The notes: generated from the letters alone by a model not told the origin. A DNA stretch of 64,000 nt from Acidobacteriota bacterium (GCA_031296115.1 JARLGI010000076.1:2806-66805), one strand, 5' to 3'; counted from the stretch's first letter, positions 1 to 8,900 are shown. Made by a program: numbers and translations.

Positions 1-2184
1 CCTTCTCAAGCTGGTTAGCAGCCCCGAATATCGCCTTTGCGGACGGTCATTATGGACGGCGATAGCGAGCGCCTTTCGCTGCCCGACTAGCACAAGCAGT
101 CGCTTTCCCCGCGTGATCCCGGTGTAAACCAGGTTGCGTTGCAGCAGCATGTAGTGCTGCGTGGCCAGGGGAATGACCACCGTCGGAAACTCTGACCCCT
201 GCGACTTGTGGATCGTGATCGCATAGGCCAAGGAAATCTCGTCCAACTCTCCGAAGTCGTATTTCACCAGCCTCTCGTCAAAGCGAACTGCGACCTGCTG
301 CTCAACGGCATCAATTCGCTCGACGATCCCGATATCGCCGTTGAACACGTCCTTGTCGTAGTCGTTCTCGGTCTGGATAACTTTGTCGCGGATCTGGAAC
401 CGCCATCCAAACCGCTCAACGCTGGTCTGGCCGGGTTTAGCCGGGTTCAGTACCTGCTGTAAAACCATGTTCAGTTCCCGCACGCCGAGTGATCCCCGGT
501 TCATCGGGCAAAGAACTTGAACGTCGCGGATGGGATCGAGAGCGAATCGCTGCGGAATCCTCTCCTGCACCATCTTGACCAACGTCGCTGCGATCTTTTC
601 AGGGTCATCCCGCTCCACGAAATGGAAGTCGGAACCTGGGTCAGCTCCGCTCATGTCCGGCATCTGTCCCTGGCGAATGCGATGGGCGTTGGTGATGATT
701 CGGCTGTTGGCCGCTTGCCGGAAGACTTCGGTGAGGCGAACGACCGGCACGACCCCGCTCTCGATCAAATCGTGCAGTACCGTCCCCGGCCCCACCGAGG
801 GAAGCTGATCCACATCCCCCACCAGAACCAGCCCGGAGCGGATGGGAATCGCTCGAAGCAGCGACTGCATCAGCAACACATCCACCATGGAGGTCTCATC
901 GACAACCAGCAGGCCGCAAGCCAACAGGTTGGACTCATAGCGAGTAAACCTGCCTGTTCCGGGATCGATTTCCAGCAGGCGATGGATCGTCTTTGCTTCC
1001 ATCCAGGTGGTCTCCGTAAGCCTCTTTGCGGCCCGACCCGTCGGCGCACAGAGCAGGCACTTCACCTTTTTCGCCCTCAGGATCGTCAAGATGGAGTTGA
1101 CCAACGTCGTCTTGCCGACACCCGGCCCTCCAGTGATGACCACAACCCGATTTTGCAGAACCGTTTTCAGCGCCTCGCGTTGGGTGGGGGCCAGCGTCTT
1201 GCCCGTCCGCTGCTGGCACCAGGTGACGGCCTTCTCGAAGTCGATTGGAGGGTACAGCATCGGCGCTTGTGTCAGCGCCTTAATCTTGGCCGCGATGCCT
1301 TCCTCCGCCTTCCTGAGGTGGGGCATGAAAATCAGGGCATCACCGTCAATCTCTTCCAGCAGCAGGGAGCCGCTGGTGAGCATTTGGGACAGAGCCTGTT
1401 CCACCGTCTCTTCCGAGATTTCCAGCAGCTTGATTGCCGTCAGTTTGAGCTTTTGTAGCGGCAGGGCACAGTGTCCGTCTGAAGTCGCTTCCAGCAAGAC
1501 ATGGTCGATGCCCGCCCGCGCCCGGTCGAGCGAATCCCGAGGGATTCCAATCTTCTGCGCGATCTGATCGGCGGTCGCGAAGCCAATCCCGTAGATGTCT
1601 TTCGCCAACATGTACGGATTGCTGCACACCTTCTCGATCGCTTGGTCCCCATAGGTCTTGAAGATTCGTACGGCTCGGCTGGTGCTCACACCATGGCTAT
1701 GCAGGAACAGCATGATTTGGCGGACTTGTTTCGCCTCCTGCCAAGCCTTCTCAATTCGCTGCCGGCGTTTCGGCCCAATGCCTTCGACGGATTGCAGTTC
1801 AGCGACCCGGTTCTCGATCACGCCCAAGACTTCGGCTCCGAACCGCCCGACCAGCTTCTTGGCCAGGACCGGCCCTATGCCTTTGACCAGGCCGCTACTG
1901 AGGTACCGCTCGATCCCTTCCACCGTCGTCGGCGGCACGGTCTTCATCAACCTGGCCTTGAATTGAAGTCCGTGCTCTTTGTCGCGAACCCACCAGCCCT
2001 CGGCCTCGAGCCACTCCCCGGCGGACACGGAAGGCAGCGATCCAAGGACCGTTACCTCGTCGCGCTGTCCTCTGACTTTTACCCGAAGCACACAGAAGCC
2101 GCTTTCCTCGTTGTGGAAAGTAACGCGCTCGATCAGGCCGGAGACTTCCTCGGTGCTCGCCTTGTCAGGCCCTTTGGCATTCAT
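1..2184 (-). CDS. recD2: RecD2-like (RecD/TraA family, SF1) ATP-dependent DNA helicase; 3' end runs off the window
   Basis: Minus-strand frame is open from the ATG (complement of 2182-2184) to base 1 (728 codons). There is no stop in the window, so it is absent from the ORF track. Own translation: MNAKGPDKASTEEVSGLIERVTFHNEESGFCVLRVKV.., Walker A VVITGGPGVGKTT, C-terminal AYAITIHKSQGSEFPTVVIPL..LLQRNLVYTGITRGKRLLVLVG. Confidence 0.85.
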   Translation of the reverse strand, partial: MNAKGPDKASTEEVSGLIERVTFHNEESGFCVLRVKVRGQRDEVTVLGSLPSVSAGEWLEAEGWWVRDKEHGLQFKARLMKTVPPTTVEGIERYLSSGLVKGIGPVLAKKLVGRFGAEVLGVIENRVAELQSVEGIGPKRRQRIEKAWQEAKQVRQIMLFLHSHGVSTSRAVRIFKTYGDQAIEKVCSNPYMLAKDIYGIGFATADQIAQKIGIPRDSLDRARAGIDHVLLEATSDGHCALPLQKLKLTAIKLLEISEETVEQALSQMLTSGSLLLEEIDGDALIFMPHLRKAEEGIAAKIKALTQAPMLYPPIDFEKAVTWCQQRTGKTLAPTQREALKTVLQNRVVVITGGPGVGKTTLVNSILTILRAKKVKCLLCAPTGRAAKRLTETTWMEAKTIHRLLEIDPGTGRFTRYESNLLACGLLVVDETSMVDVLLMQSLLRAIPIRSGLVLVGDVDQLPSVGPGTVLHDLIESGVVPVVRLTEVFRQAANSRIITNAHRIRQGQMPDMSGADPGSDFHFVERDDPEKIAATLVKMVQERIPQRFALDPIRDVQVLCPMNRGSLGVRELNMVLQQVLNPAKPGQTSVERFGWRFQIRDKVIQTENDYDKDVFNGDIGIVERIDAVEQQVAVRFDERLVKYDFGELDEISLAYAITIHKSQGSEFPTVVIPLATQHYMLLQRNLVYTGITRGKRLLVLVGQRKALAIAVHNDRPQRRYSGLLTSLRR

Positions 2185-2391
2185 CTGGTTTGGGATTCAT
2201 TTTCCCACGGATGGTTTGTCTTGGTGCTCTAATGGTTGCCGGGCAGTTTGGGCGACACCGGCTCGGGTATAACTGTCCATAGGAATTCATGCCGGTAAGT
2301 TACGGGCCGTAGCACGGTGTGCACATCATTGGTTTTCGCGATGACAGCCGCAGTAAATCGCCGTGAGCTACCGGTTAGTTGTGGAGTTGGG

Positions 2392-2706
2392 ATGATCGAC
2401 TGGAGGACCTCGCTGTTGGGCAAGACGAACTGGAAAGTAGGCCGTCTCGGTCTGGCATCCAGTTACGGCGCAGACGAGCGTTGCGTGCAAATGGCATTCG
2501 AGCGAGGCATCAATTACCTGTATTGGGGCTCGATGCGAACTGCCAAGTTCGGTGCCGGACTGCGCAGCCTGCGATCACGTCGGGATGAGTTCCGCCTCGT
2601 TATCCAGTCCTATTCGCGTATCGCCGCAATGGTCCCTTGGAGTCTGGAGCGCGCTTCGCCAGTCAAATGTGGACATGACTATGCGCTACGTCCACAACAG
2701 CCGTAA
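2392..2706 (+). pseudogene. aldo/keto reductase, N-terminal fragment only
   Basis: Within ORF 2317..2706, from the Met at 2392: MIDWRTSLLGKTNWKVGRLGLASSYGADERCVQMAFERGINYLYWGS..VIQSYSR. This resembles the first third of ~300-aa AKRs, then degenerates and stops. No remainder lies downstream. Confidence 0.5.
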
Positions 2707-2818
2707 GGCAAGAAACGCCCAAGCACAATTCATTGAGCGTTTCCTGCCTAACGCGGGTGCTGTGGCCAATCTGGAAGACCCACCAGAGGATGAGCGGGTG
2801 CCAGTGCGGGTGCAGTGA
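2660..2818 (+). pseudogene. tyrosine recombinase (integrase), extreme C-terminal remnant
   Basis: Frame of ORF 2552..2818 reads ..LRQSNVDMTMRYVHNSRKARNAQAQFIERF.., like the ..LGHS.v.mTmrYaH tail carrying the catalytic Tyr. No upstream catalytic core is present. It lies 40 nt upstream of tRNA-Gly. Confidence 0.4.
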
Positions 2819-2859
2819 ATTGTCAGCAAACGCGCAAGTGCTGTAAAATGAGAGAACAA

Positions 2860-2934
<75 letters not shown>

Positions 2935-2946
2935 TGATTTTGATGA

Positions 2947-2970
2947 CCCTCGCCGCGCGCGAGGGTTTTT
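2947..2970 (+). terminator. rho-independent terminator after tRNA-Gly
   Basis: CCCTCGC-cgcgc-GCGAGGG followed by TTTTT. Confidence 0.7.
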
Positions 2971-2971
2971 C

Positions 2972-3036
2972 GTTAGCCGGGTGAAATGTGGGCGGTCGCC
3001 GAGATCTTGTGGCGCCCGTCGCTCAGGATGACAGAG
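2972..3036. repeat. copy of the dispersed GC-rich hairpin repeat family
   Basis: GTTAGCCGGGTGAAATGTGGG..GCTCAGGATGACA. The reverse complement of 8730-8766 reads GTTAGCC..CGCGGTGAAGTGGG. The GGCTAAC and GGTGAA(A/G)TG(T)GGG blocks are shared. Confidence 0.45.
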
Positions 3037-3053
3037 GGATAGTTTTGTGCGGG

Positions 3054-3449
3054 CTAGTCCGTCACGGCCGCCTGCGAGTGGGTGCGTAGGATCCCGGTTC
3101 CGATGATGACCGCGCAGAACAGTAGCAGCACTCGCAAGACGTTGGCGTGCAGCACGGGGTCGCCCAACAGAATCCGCACCAGGCCGAACCCGGCGGAAGC
3201 GGCGCAGAGGGCGAAGTAAAGCTTCTCTTTCGCACAGTGCGAATAAGCCAGCAGAACCAGCAGCACGGTGGTGACGATCACGTAGATGCCGAGGAGGATG
3301 GCCCCGCCCACGACCTTCTCATTGTGGAGCGAGAACGCGGTGGCGTGTGAGATGGCCAGCTGCACTCCGGCCACCCCCAGGAAAAACACCGAGTGCACCA
3401 GCGCGATGATGGCGCGCTTGCGGTTGTTGATGATGGCAAAACGGTCCAT
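3054..3449 (-). CDS. hypothetical integral membrane protein (about 4 TM helices)
   Basis: ORF 3054..3512 begins at a GTG; an ATG at 3449 gives MDRFAIINNRKRAIIALVHSVFFLGVAGV... Four hydrophobic stretches. No family recognised. Confidence 0.5.
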   Translation of the reverse strand: MDRFAIINNRKRAIIALVHSVFFLGVAGVQLAISHATAFSLHNEKVVGGAILLGIYVIVTTVLLVLLAYSHCAKEKLYFALCAASAGFGLVRILLGDPVLHANVLRVLLLFCAVIIGTGILRTHSQAAVTD

Positions 3450-3602
3450 GAACACAGTTGATTGTGCCAAAACCAGCGCACATCGGGATGTGACGAAAAT
3501 CACAGTCAACACGTTGTTGGTCGTCCTGAGCGAGGTGGGGCCGCGTACCGGCCAATAAAACCGTGCGTCCCTGGAGGGGCTCGGGACAATTTGGGCACCT
3601 TA

Positions 3603-3653
3603 CCCAGGGCTTACGCCCTGGGCTAACTGCAATACCGCCGCTGCGCGGCTGAA
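3603..3653. repeat. copy of the dispersed GC-rich hairpin repeat family
   Basis: CCCAGGGCTTACGCCCTGGGCTAAC plus GCCGCtgcGCGGCTGAA. Same GGGCTnACGCC..GGCTAAC pattern as at 8743-8766. Confidence 0.45.
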
Positions 3654-3753
3654 CTCTTGCAAGTCATCATGCATTGCAACCACGACATTAAGTTCCCGAA
3701 GCTGGCAACCGGTTCTACGGGGCCTCAACGCGACATCTCTACTCCTCCCGCGC

Positions 3754-4419
3754 CTATTTCGACCCCGCGCCCTTCGCCCTCGTGCTCAGCAGCTCCACGA
3801 CATCCTTACTACCTTCGTTGGTAGCGATCTCCAGCGCGTTGAGGCCCTGGTCGCTCTTGACCGACACATCGGCGCCGGCGGCGAGCAACGCCTGCGCCCG
3901 CTCGACGCTGTTGTGCATGGCCGCCTCGTGCAGCGCGGTGTATCCGCCCTGCTGCTGGACGTTGGGATCGGCCCCGGCTTCCAGCACCAGCTTCAGTACG
4001 CGGGCATCGCGCGACGCAGCCGCGCTGTGGATGACCGCGATGCGGCTCGGCGACCCGGCATTCGCGTCGGCGCCGTGGCTGAGGAGCAGCTTCGCGGCGT
4101 CGAGGTGTCCGAAGAAGCAGGCCAGATGCAGCGGGGTGAAGCCGTCGCCGGCGCGGGTGTTCACCAGCGCCGGATCATTCGCCAGCAACACATTCAGCCG
4201 CGCGGCGTCGCCCAACGTCGAGGCCTCAGACACATCGAGTTCCCCCGCCACGGGACGCAGCAGCGCCACCGTATCCATCTGGCCCATGTAGCGGGCTTGC
4301 ATCAAAGCGGAGACGCCCGCGGCATTGCGGGCGCGCGCCGCGCCGGGGTCGGCTGCGATCAGCTTCACCACTTTCTCTTTATCGCCAGCAGCGATGGCCG
4401 CGAAAATTTCGTCGCTCAT
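3754..4419 (-). CDS. ankyrin repeat protein
   Basis: ORF 3754..4464. Start chosen at ATG 4419 (MSDEIFAAIAAGD) behind AAGGAG. Repeats such as GFTPLHLACFFGHLDAAKLLLSHGADANA and YTALHEAAMHNSVERAQALLAAGADVS. Confidence 0.85.
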   Translation of the reverse strand: MSDEIFAAIAAGDKEKVVKLIAADPGAARARNAAGVSALMQARYMGQMDTVALLRPVAGELDVSEASTLGDAARLNVLLANDPALVNTRAGDGFTPLHLACFFGHLDAAKLLLSHGADANAGSPSRIAVIHSAAASRDARVLKLVLEAGADPNVQQQGGYTALHEAAMHNSVERAQALLAAGADVSVKSDQGLNALEIATNEGSKDVVELLSTRAKGAGSK

Positions 4420-4429
4420 GATTGGCTCC

Positions 4430-4831
4430 TTAGAATGTCGCTGCACCGGCTTCGGCGACGGCATGGTCCTGCTCGCCGGAACCGCCGCTCACGCCGATCG
4501 AGCCGACCACCTTACCGTCGCGTTTCAGCGGAATACCGCCGGCAAAAATCATGATGCCGCAATCGTTGGAGACGTGGATGCCGAAGAACTGGTCGCCCGA
4601 CTGCGAGTGCGTGGCCAGGTCTTTGGTCGCGATGTCGAAGGCGCGCGAGGTGAAGGCCTTCTTGATGGAAATGTCGATGCTGCCCAGCCACGCGCCGTCC
4701 ATGCGGACGTGCGACACCAAGTTGCCGCCATCGTCGGCGACGGCAATGTTCATGGGCTGGCCGATTTCCTGCGCCTTCTTTTCCGCCGCGGCAATGACGC
4801 GGCGCGCATCTGCAAGATTGACTCCCGGCAT
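4430..4831 (-). CDS. GlcG/HbpS-like (DUF336) haem-binding family protein
   Basis: ORF 4430..4963. Start chosen at ATG 4831 (MPGVNLADARRVI) behind GGAGGA. Contains ..NIAVADDGGNLVSHVRMDGAWLGSIDISIKKAFTSRAF..GGIPL..GSIGVSGGSGEQDHAVAEAG. Confidence 0.8.
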   Translation of the reverse strand: MPGVNLADARRVIAAAEKKAQEIGQPMNIAVADDGGNLVSHVRMDGAWLGSIDISIKKAFTSRAFDIATKDLATHSQSGDQFFGIHVSNDCGIMIFAGGIPLKRDGKVVGSIGVSGGSGEQDHAVAEAGAATF

Positions 4832-5010
4832 GCTTCCTCCAGAAAGATAAGTTCCGGCCACGGCCGAACGGAGTCGAAGGATCCCTATCACCACCCTGAG
4901 CTCAATGGATCCCATACGGGCCTTCGACTCGCGCGGCCAACTGCCGCCACGCTCGCTCAGCATGACAGGATCTTTGGTGAACGGAAGAACTCCGCCGAAT
5001 CACCGCGCGC

Positions 5011-7116
5011 CTAGTCTTCCACCTCGACCTCTTCGCCGCGCTCGGCCTTGGCGGCGCTGATGATCTTTTCCTGCTGCAGCGCGGGCACGAAATCGTAATG
5101 ATGCATTTCCATACTGAAGCTGCCGCGGCCCTGAGTCATCGAGGTCAGATCGGTGCCGTAGGTCAGCATCTCCGACATCGGCACCTCGGCCTTGACGATG
5201 GTCTTGCCGCCCTTGTTGTCCATGCCCTGGATGCGGCCGCGACGGCTGTTGAGGTCGCCCATGATGCCGCCGGCGAACTCGTCGGGGATGGTGATCTCGA
5301 CGTTCATGATGGGCTCCAGCAGCGTGGGCTTGGCCTGCTCCATCGCCTTGCGGAAGGCGATGCGCCCCGCGGTCTTGAACGAAAGCTCGTTGGAGTCGAC
5401 GTCGTGATACGAGCCGTCGTAGAGGATGACGCGGAAATCCACGACCGGGTATCCGGCGAGATGGCCGCGCGCCGCGGCTTCCACGATGCCCTTCTCGACG
5501 GCCGGAATGTAGTTCTTGGGGATGGCGCCGCCGAAGATTTCGTTGACGAACTCAAAGTTGCCGCCGCGCGGCAGCGGCTCCATCCTGATTTTGCAATCGC
5601 CGAACTGGCCGTGCCCGCCGCTCTGCTTCTTGTGGCGGCCCTGCACGTCGGCCTTGCCGCGGATGGTCTCGCGATACGGCACCTTCGGCGCCTTCAGGTT
5701 GACTTCCGTGTGGTAGCGGTTCTTCAGCTTGGAGACCACGACCTCGATATGCTGCTGGCCGGTGCCCGCAATGAGGAACTCCTTGGTCTGGGGATCGCGG
5801 AAGAAGCGCAGCATGGCGTCTTCTTCCATCAGCTTGTGGATGCCGTTGCTCAGCTTGTCTTCGTCGGCGCGGGTCTTGGGCTCGATGGCGAAAGTAATGG
5901 CCGGTTCGGCAAACGTGATCTGCGGATACTGGATGGGCGAGCCCTTGTCGCCGAGCGTGTCGCCGGTCAGCGTTTCTTTCAGCTTGGCCACCGCTCCGAT
6001 GTCGCCGGCATGCAGCTCGTTGGCGGGAACTGCGGCCTTGCCCTGCATCGCAGAAAGATGAGCAAACTTCTCCACGCTCCCGCGGCCGAAGTTCTGCACC
6101 GTGGCGTCGTTCTTCAGCACGCCGGAATATACCTTGAAGAAGGAGATGCGCCCGGAGAACGGGTCGCTGATGGTCTTGAAGACGTAGAGCGAGAGCGGTT
6201 CGGAGTCGCTGATCTTGCGGGTCGCCGGCTCACCGTTGTTCGCGGTGGCGGCAGCCTGCACCGTGCCGCGCTCGATGGCGGTCGGCAGGTAATCGACGAT
6301 GAAGTCCAGCACCTCGTCGGTGCCGATGTTGCCCAGGCCTGAGGCGAAGAGCACGGGAAAAATCTTGTCCTCGCGGATGGCGTTGTGCAGCCCGGCGATG
6401 ATGTGCTCTTCGGCGATGGTGCCCTTGTCGAAGAACTCCTCCATCAGTGCGTCGTCGCCTTCGGCCACCAGCTCCACCAGTCGCTCGTGCGCGGCCGTGG
6501 CCTCTTCCTGCATGTTGGCGGGAATGTCGCCGACCGTGGCCTTGCCATTGCCGCCCATCTGGTAGGAGTAGGCCTTCATCTTGACCAAGTCGATGACGCC
6601 GGAGAAACTCTTCTCCGAGCCGATGGGCAACTGCACGGGAACGACGGTGCGGCCGAAGGCGGTGGTGAGCGACTCCATCACGCGCGTGAAGTCGGCGCGC
6701 TCGCGGTCCATGCGGGTGCAAACGATGGCCCGCGGCAGCGCGAAGCGGTCGGCATAATGCCAGATGCGCTCGGTGACCACCTCGACGCCGCTGACCGCGT
6801 CCACCACGACCAGCGCGGCTTCGACCGCGGGCAACGCCATCTCGGCCTCATGGATGAACATGTTGAAGCCGGGCGTGTCGATGAGGTTGATCTTGCAGTT
6901 GTGCCACTCGATGAGGGCGGTGGCGGCGGAAAGCGACATTCCGCGGGAAATTTCCTCGTCCTCGTAATCGGTGACCGTGTTGCCTTCGTCGACGCGTCCC
7001 AGGCGCTGGGTGGCGCCGGCGGTGAACAGCATGGAGGAGGCGAGTGAGGTTTTGCCCGAGTGCGAGTGCCCGATCAGGGCAACATTGCGAATGTTTGCGC
7101 TTTCGTAATTCTTCAA
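5011..7116 (-). CDS. elongation factor G paralog (EFG II-like)
   Basis: ORF 5011..7149. TTG at 7116 preceded by AGGAG gives (M)KNYESANIRNVALIGHSHSGKTS. EF-G domain order runs through to ..TQGRGSFSMEMHHYDFVP. G motifs deviate: DTPGF rather than DxPGH, and TRMD rather than NKxD. Confidence 0.9.
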   Translation of the reverse strand: MKNYESANIRNVALIGHSHSGKTSLASSMLFTAGATQRLGRVDEGNTVTDYEDEEISRGMSLSAATALIEWHNCKINLIDTPGFNMFIHEAEMALPAVEAALVVVDAVSGVEVVTERIWHYADRFALPRAIVCTRMDRERADFTRVMESLTTAFGRTVVPVQLPIGSEKSFSGVIDLVKMKAYSYQMGGNGKATVGDIPANMQEEATAAHERLVELVAEGDDALMEEFFDKGTIAEEHIIAGLHNAIREDKIFPVLFASGLGNIGTDEVLDFIVDYLPTAIERGTVQAAATANNGEPATRKISDSEPLSLYVFKTISDPFSGRISFFKVYSGVLKNDATVQNFGRGSVEKFAHLSAMQGKAAVPANELHAGDIGAVAKLKETLTGDTLGDKGSPIQYPQITFAEPAITFAIEPKTRADEDKLSNGIHKLMEEDAMLRFFRDPQTKEFLIAGTGQQHIEVVVSKLKNRYHTEVNLKAPKVPYRETIRGKADVQGRHKKQSGGHGQFGDCKIRMEPLPRGGNFEFVNEIFGGAIPKNYIPAVEKGIVEAAARGHLAGYPVVDFRVILYDGSYHDVDSNELSFKTAGRIAFRKAMEQAKPTLLEPIMNVEITIPDEFAGGIMGDLNSRRGRIQGMDNKGGKTIVKAEVPMSEMLTYGTDLTSMTQGRGSFSMEMHHYDFVPALQQEKIISAAKAERGEEVEVED

Positions 7117-7455
7117 GTAGGACTCCTGGCACCGCGCGCTGGTGACCACGCAAGTCTCTCAGAGGCTAAGGTCCCGGGCGGCAAGCCGAAGCCTGCTGGC
7201 ACAACCCCGAGGTTGCCGGTGAGGCAAAAAGGCGGGGCACCATGCTGATCGGTGCATGGTGAAGCTGAACAAACCAAGAATCGTAGCACAGCAGGTTTGC
7301 CAGCCTCAAACCGGGGTCGCGCGTGTTGCGTGAAAATCCCTCTTGCCGAAGTGTGGCAGATCCTGGCGCGCCAGCAGTGAATTGCTGCGGCACGGGCCTT
7401 AGTTTTCAGCGGAGCTGGGCTCAAGCCCCGAGATCATCCATTTGAGCAAGAGCAA

Positions 7456-7476
7456 GCCGCCCAGACATTGGGCGGC
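7456..7476 (-). terminator. hairpin downstream of the HAF-like fragment
   Basis: GCCGCCC-agacatt-GGGCGGC. On the minus strand it is followed by a T-rich stretch (ttgctcttgctc). Confidence 0.45.
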
Positions 7477-7497
7477 TCACCCCTGTCCTCCGGAAGT

Positions 7498-8190
7498 TCA
7501 GTGGAACTGTGATGCGCCTCCGCATTCACCGCCGGGGCAGGAGCCGCCACCGAAGCCTCCAACCGCAATTCGAAAGTTGTTCAGTTTCCAGGCAACGCTC
7601 CAATCACCCGGAAAGCCTAGAAGTTGGGAGGGCCTCAGATCGTTGGAACTCCACAGCATGGCCTGCTGTCCCGCCGAGCCCCACATCACTCCCGAGATGT
7701 CGCCCAGGTCGTTGATGCCATCGGCCCAGCCAGCATCCGCGTAGCCGTCTGGTCCCTTGAGGATGATGGGGAACCCGTAAACGTCTCGTTGGTGGTTAAG
7801 TGGTTTCCAGAGCGTGGGAGTCCAGGGAACCGTATCGCTGTTAAGCCCGCCCACGATTTCGCCGCGGTTGCTGATCCTGAAGTTCATTAAGGGATATCGG
7901 GGAAAACGGGAAGCTGAATGAGTTTCCAGCCTCGCCCATGCGGGAGAGGGTTCCAGAGAACGGGCAGGACAAGTGACAAGTCCGCATTCTGCGCAATGCC
8001 AATGATCTGGCCGTAGTCATTTACGTCCCAGGCAACCCAGTAAGGAAATTCCTCCATGCCGGTCACAGGGAGTTTTTGGATTTTCCAAACGACCGATAAT
8101 TGACCATGTCTCCATTCGAGTGATGGAGTCCAGACTGTAGGGTAGCCCGGGGCGCTTATTACAAAAAGGGAATGCAGGGAGGAGCCTTGT
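7498..8190 (-). pseudogene. HAF-like extracellular repeat protein, 5'-truncated and frameshifted
   Basis: Two consecutive minus-strand frames. Frame 7888..~8190 has no usable start (..PTVWTPSLEW..WDVNDYGQIIGIAQN..PVLWNP..KLIQLPVFPDIP*). Frame 7498..7887 reads MNFRISNRGEIVGG..TLWKP..GINDLGDISGV..AMLWSS... They meet at a TAATG junction in different frames. The periodic I-N-x-x-G-x-I-x-G ... L-W units resemble HAF repeats. Confidence 0.45.
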
Positions 8191-8522
8191 CACAGGCCCA
8201 GAAGTTCTTTGCTGTCTTGCATGACCACGAGGTCGAGGAGGCGCTGACACGCGGTTATTCTGAGGGTGGCTACGCGCGAACTATGCACCTCGGAGCAGAT
8301 GTGTTAGCCGCCGGTTCCCAACGCACCCACGTTCCTGCCGTTCGAATTGCCCGCCTGTACACCCACGCCCGAGATAAAGAGCAGGCTCGGCGCTGGCTCG
8401 AGAAGGCCTGCGACGAGCGGGAATCCCCCTTGACCCACCTCGGAGTGGCTTGGGATTGGGACCTCCTGCGCTCCGACCCGCGTTTCCAGGACCTGCTGCG
8501 TCGTGTCGGCTTAACGCCCTGA
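8172..8522 (+). CDS. hypothetical protein; looks like an isolated TPR-type C-terminal tail
   Basis: ..IARLYTHARDKEQARRWLEKACDERESPLTHLGVAWDWDLLRSDPRFQDLLRRVGLTP resembles the last TPR plus the DPRFQ.LLRR tail of much larger proteins. Only 116 aa here, and it overlaps the truncated HAF-like fragment. Confidence 0.45.
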   Translation: MQGGALSQAQKFFAVLHDHEVEEALTRGYSEGGYARTMHLGADVLAAGSQRTHVPAVRIARLYTHARDKEQARRWLEKACDERESPLTHLGVAWDWDLLRSDPRFQDLLRRVGLTP

Positions 8523-8688
8523 CTAACCCGTTCGCGTTTGGTTCGACCGCAAGTGGATGCTTTTTGATTGTCGGCAACCCCTCCACAATCTGGGCAATCC
8601 ACCGGTTTGCCCGTCACCCGCTAGTGGAGGGGGTCGCGGGTGAAATGGCGCTCTTACGGCAACCAACCACGGGGGTCCCTTCCCGGAT

Positions 8689-8841
8689 GCTATGTCATAG
8701 CTGGTGCGGCCGCTCCGCGGCTCCGTCGCTTTCCCACTTCACCGCGGGCTGACGCCTGCGGCTAACACCGATGTCGCGGCGGCGCGGCCGGAGCACGGCT
8801 GTTACTCCACTTTGCCGACGCCCATCCAGCTATGACACAGC
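8689..8841. mobile_element. MITE-like element bounded by inverted repeats and flanked by direct repeats
   Basis: IR GCTATGTCATAGCTGG (8689-8704) versus CCAGCTATGACACAGC (8826-8841), 15/16 match. A 13-bp direct repeat CCTTCCCGGATGC lies at 8678-8690 and 8844-8856. The interior carries GGGCTGACGCC and GGCTAAC family motifs. No ORF. Confidence 0.45.
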
Positions 8842-8900
8842 CACCTTCCCGGATGCCACCGCCAAGTCTTGCTCGGCCACGACGAACCTCAGGAGGCTTT

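Noticed and set aside
5098-6342. 414-aa plus-strand ORF
   Set aside because: It is antisense to the EF-G paralog, whose domains are unambiguous.
7238-7261. Hairpin CACCATGC-tgatcggt-GCATGGTG upstream of the EF-G paralog, considered as a riboswitch or attenuator
   Set aside because: It is a single 8-bp stem with no flanking conserved structure or alternative pairing that I could identify. There is not enough evidence to call it regulatory.
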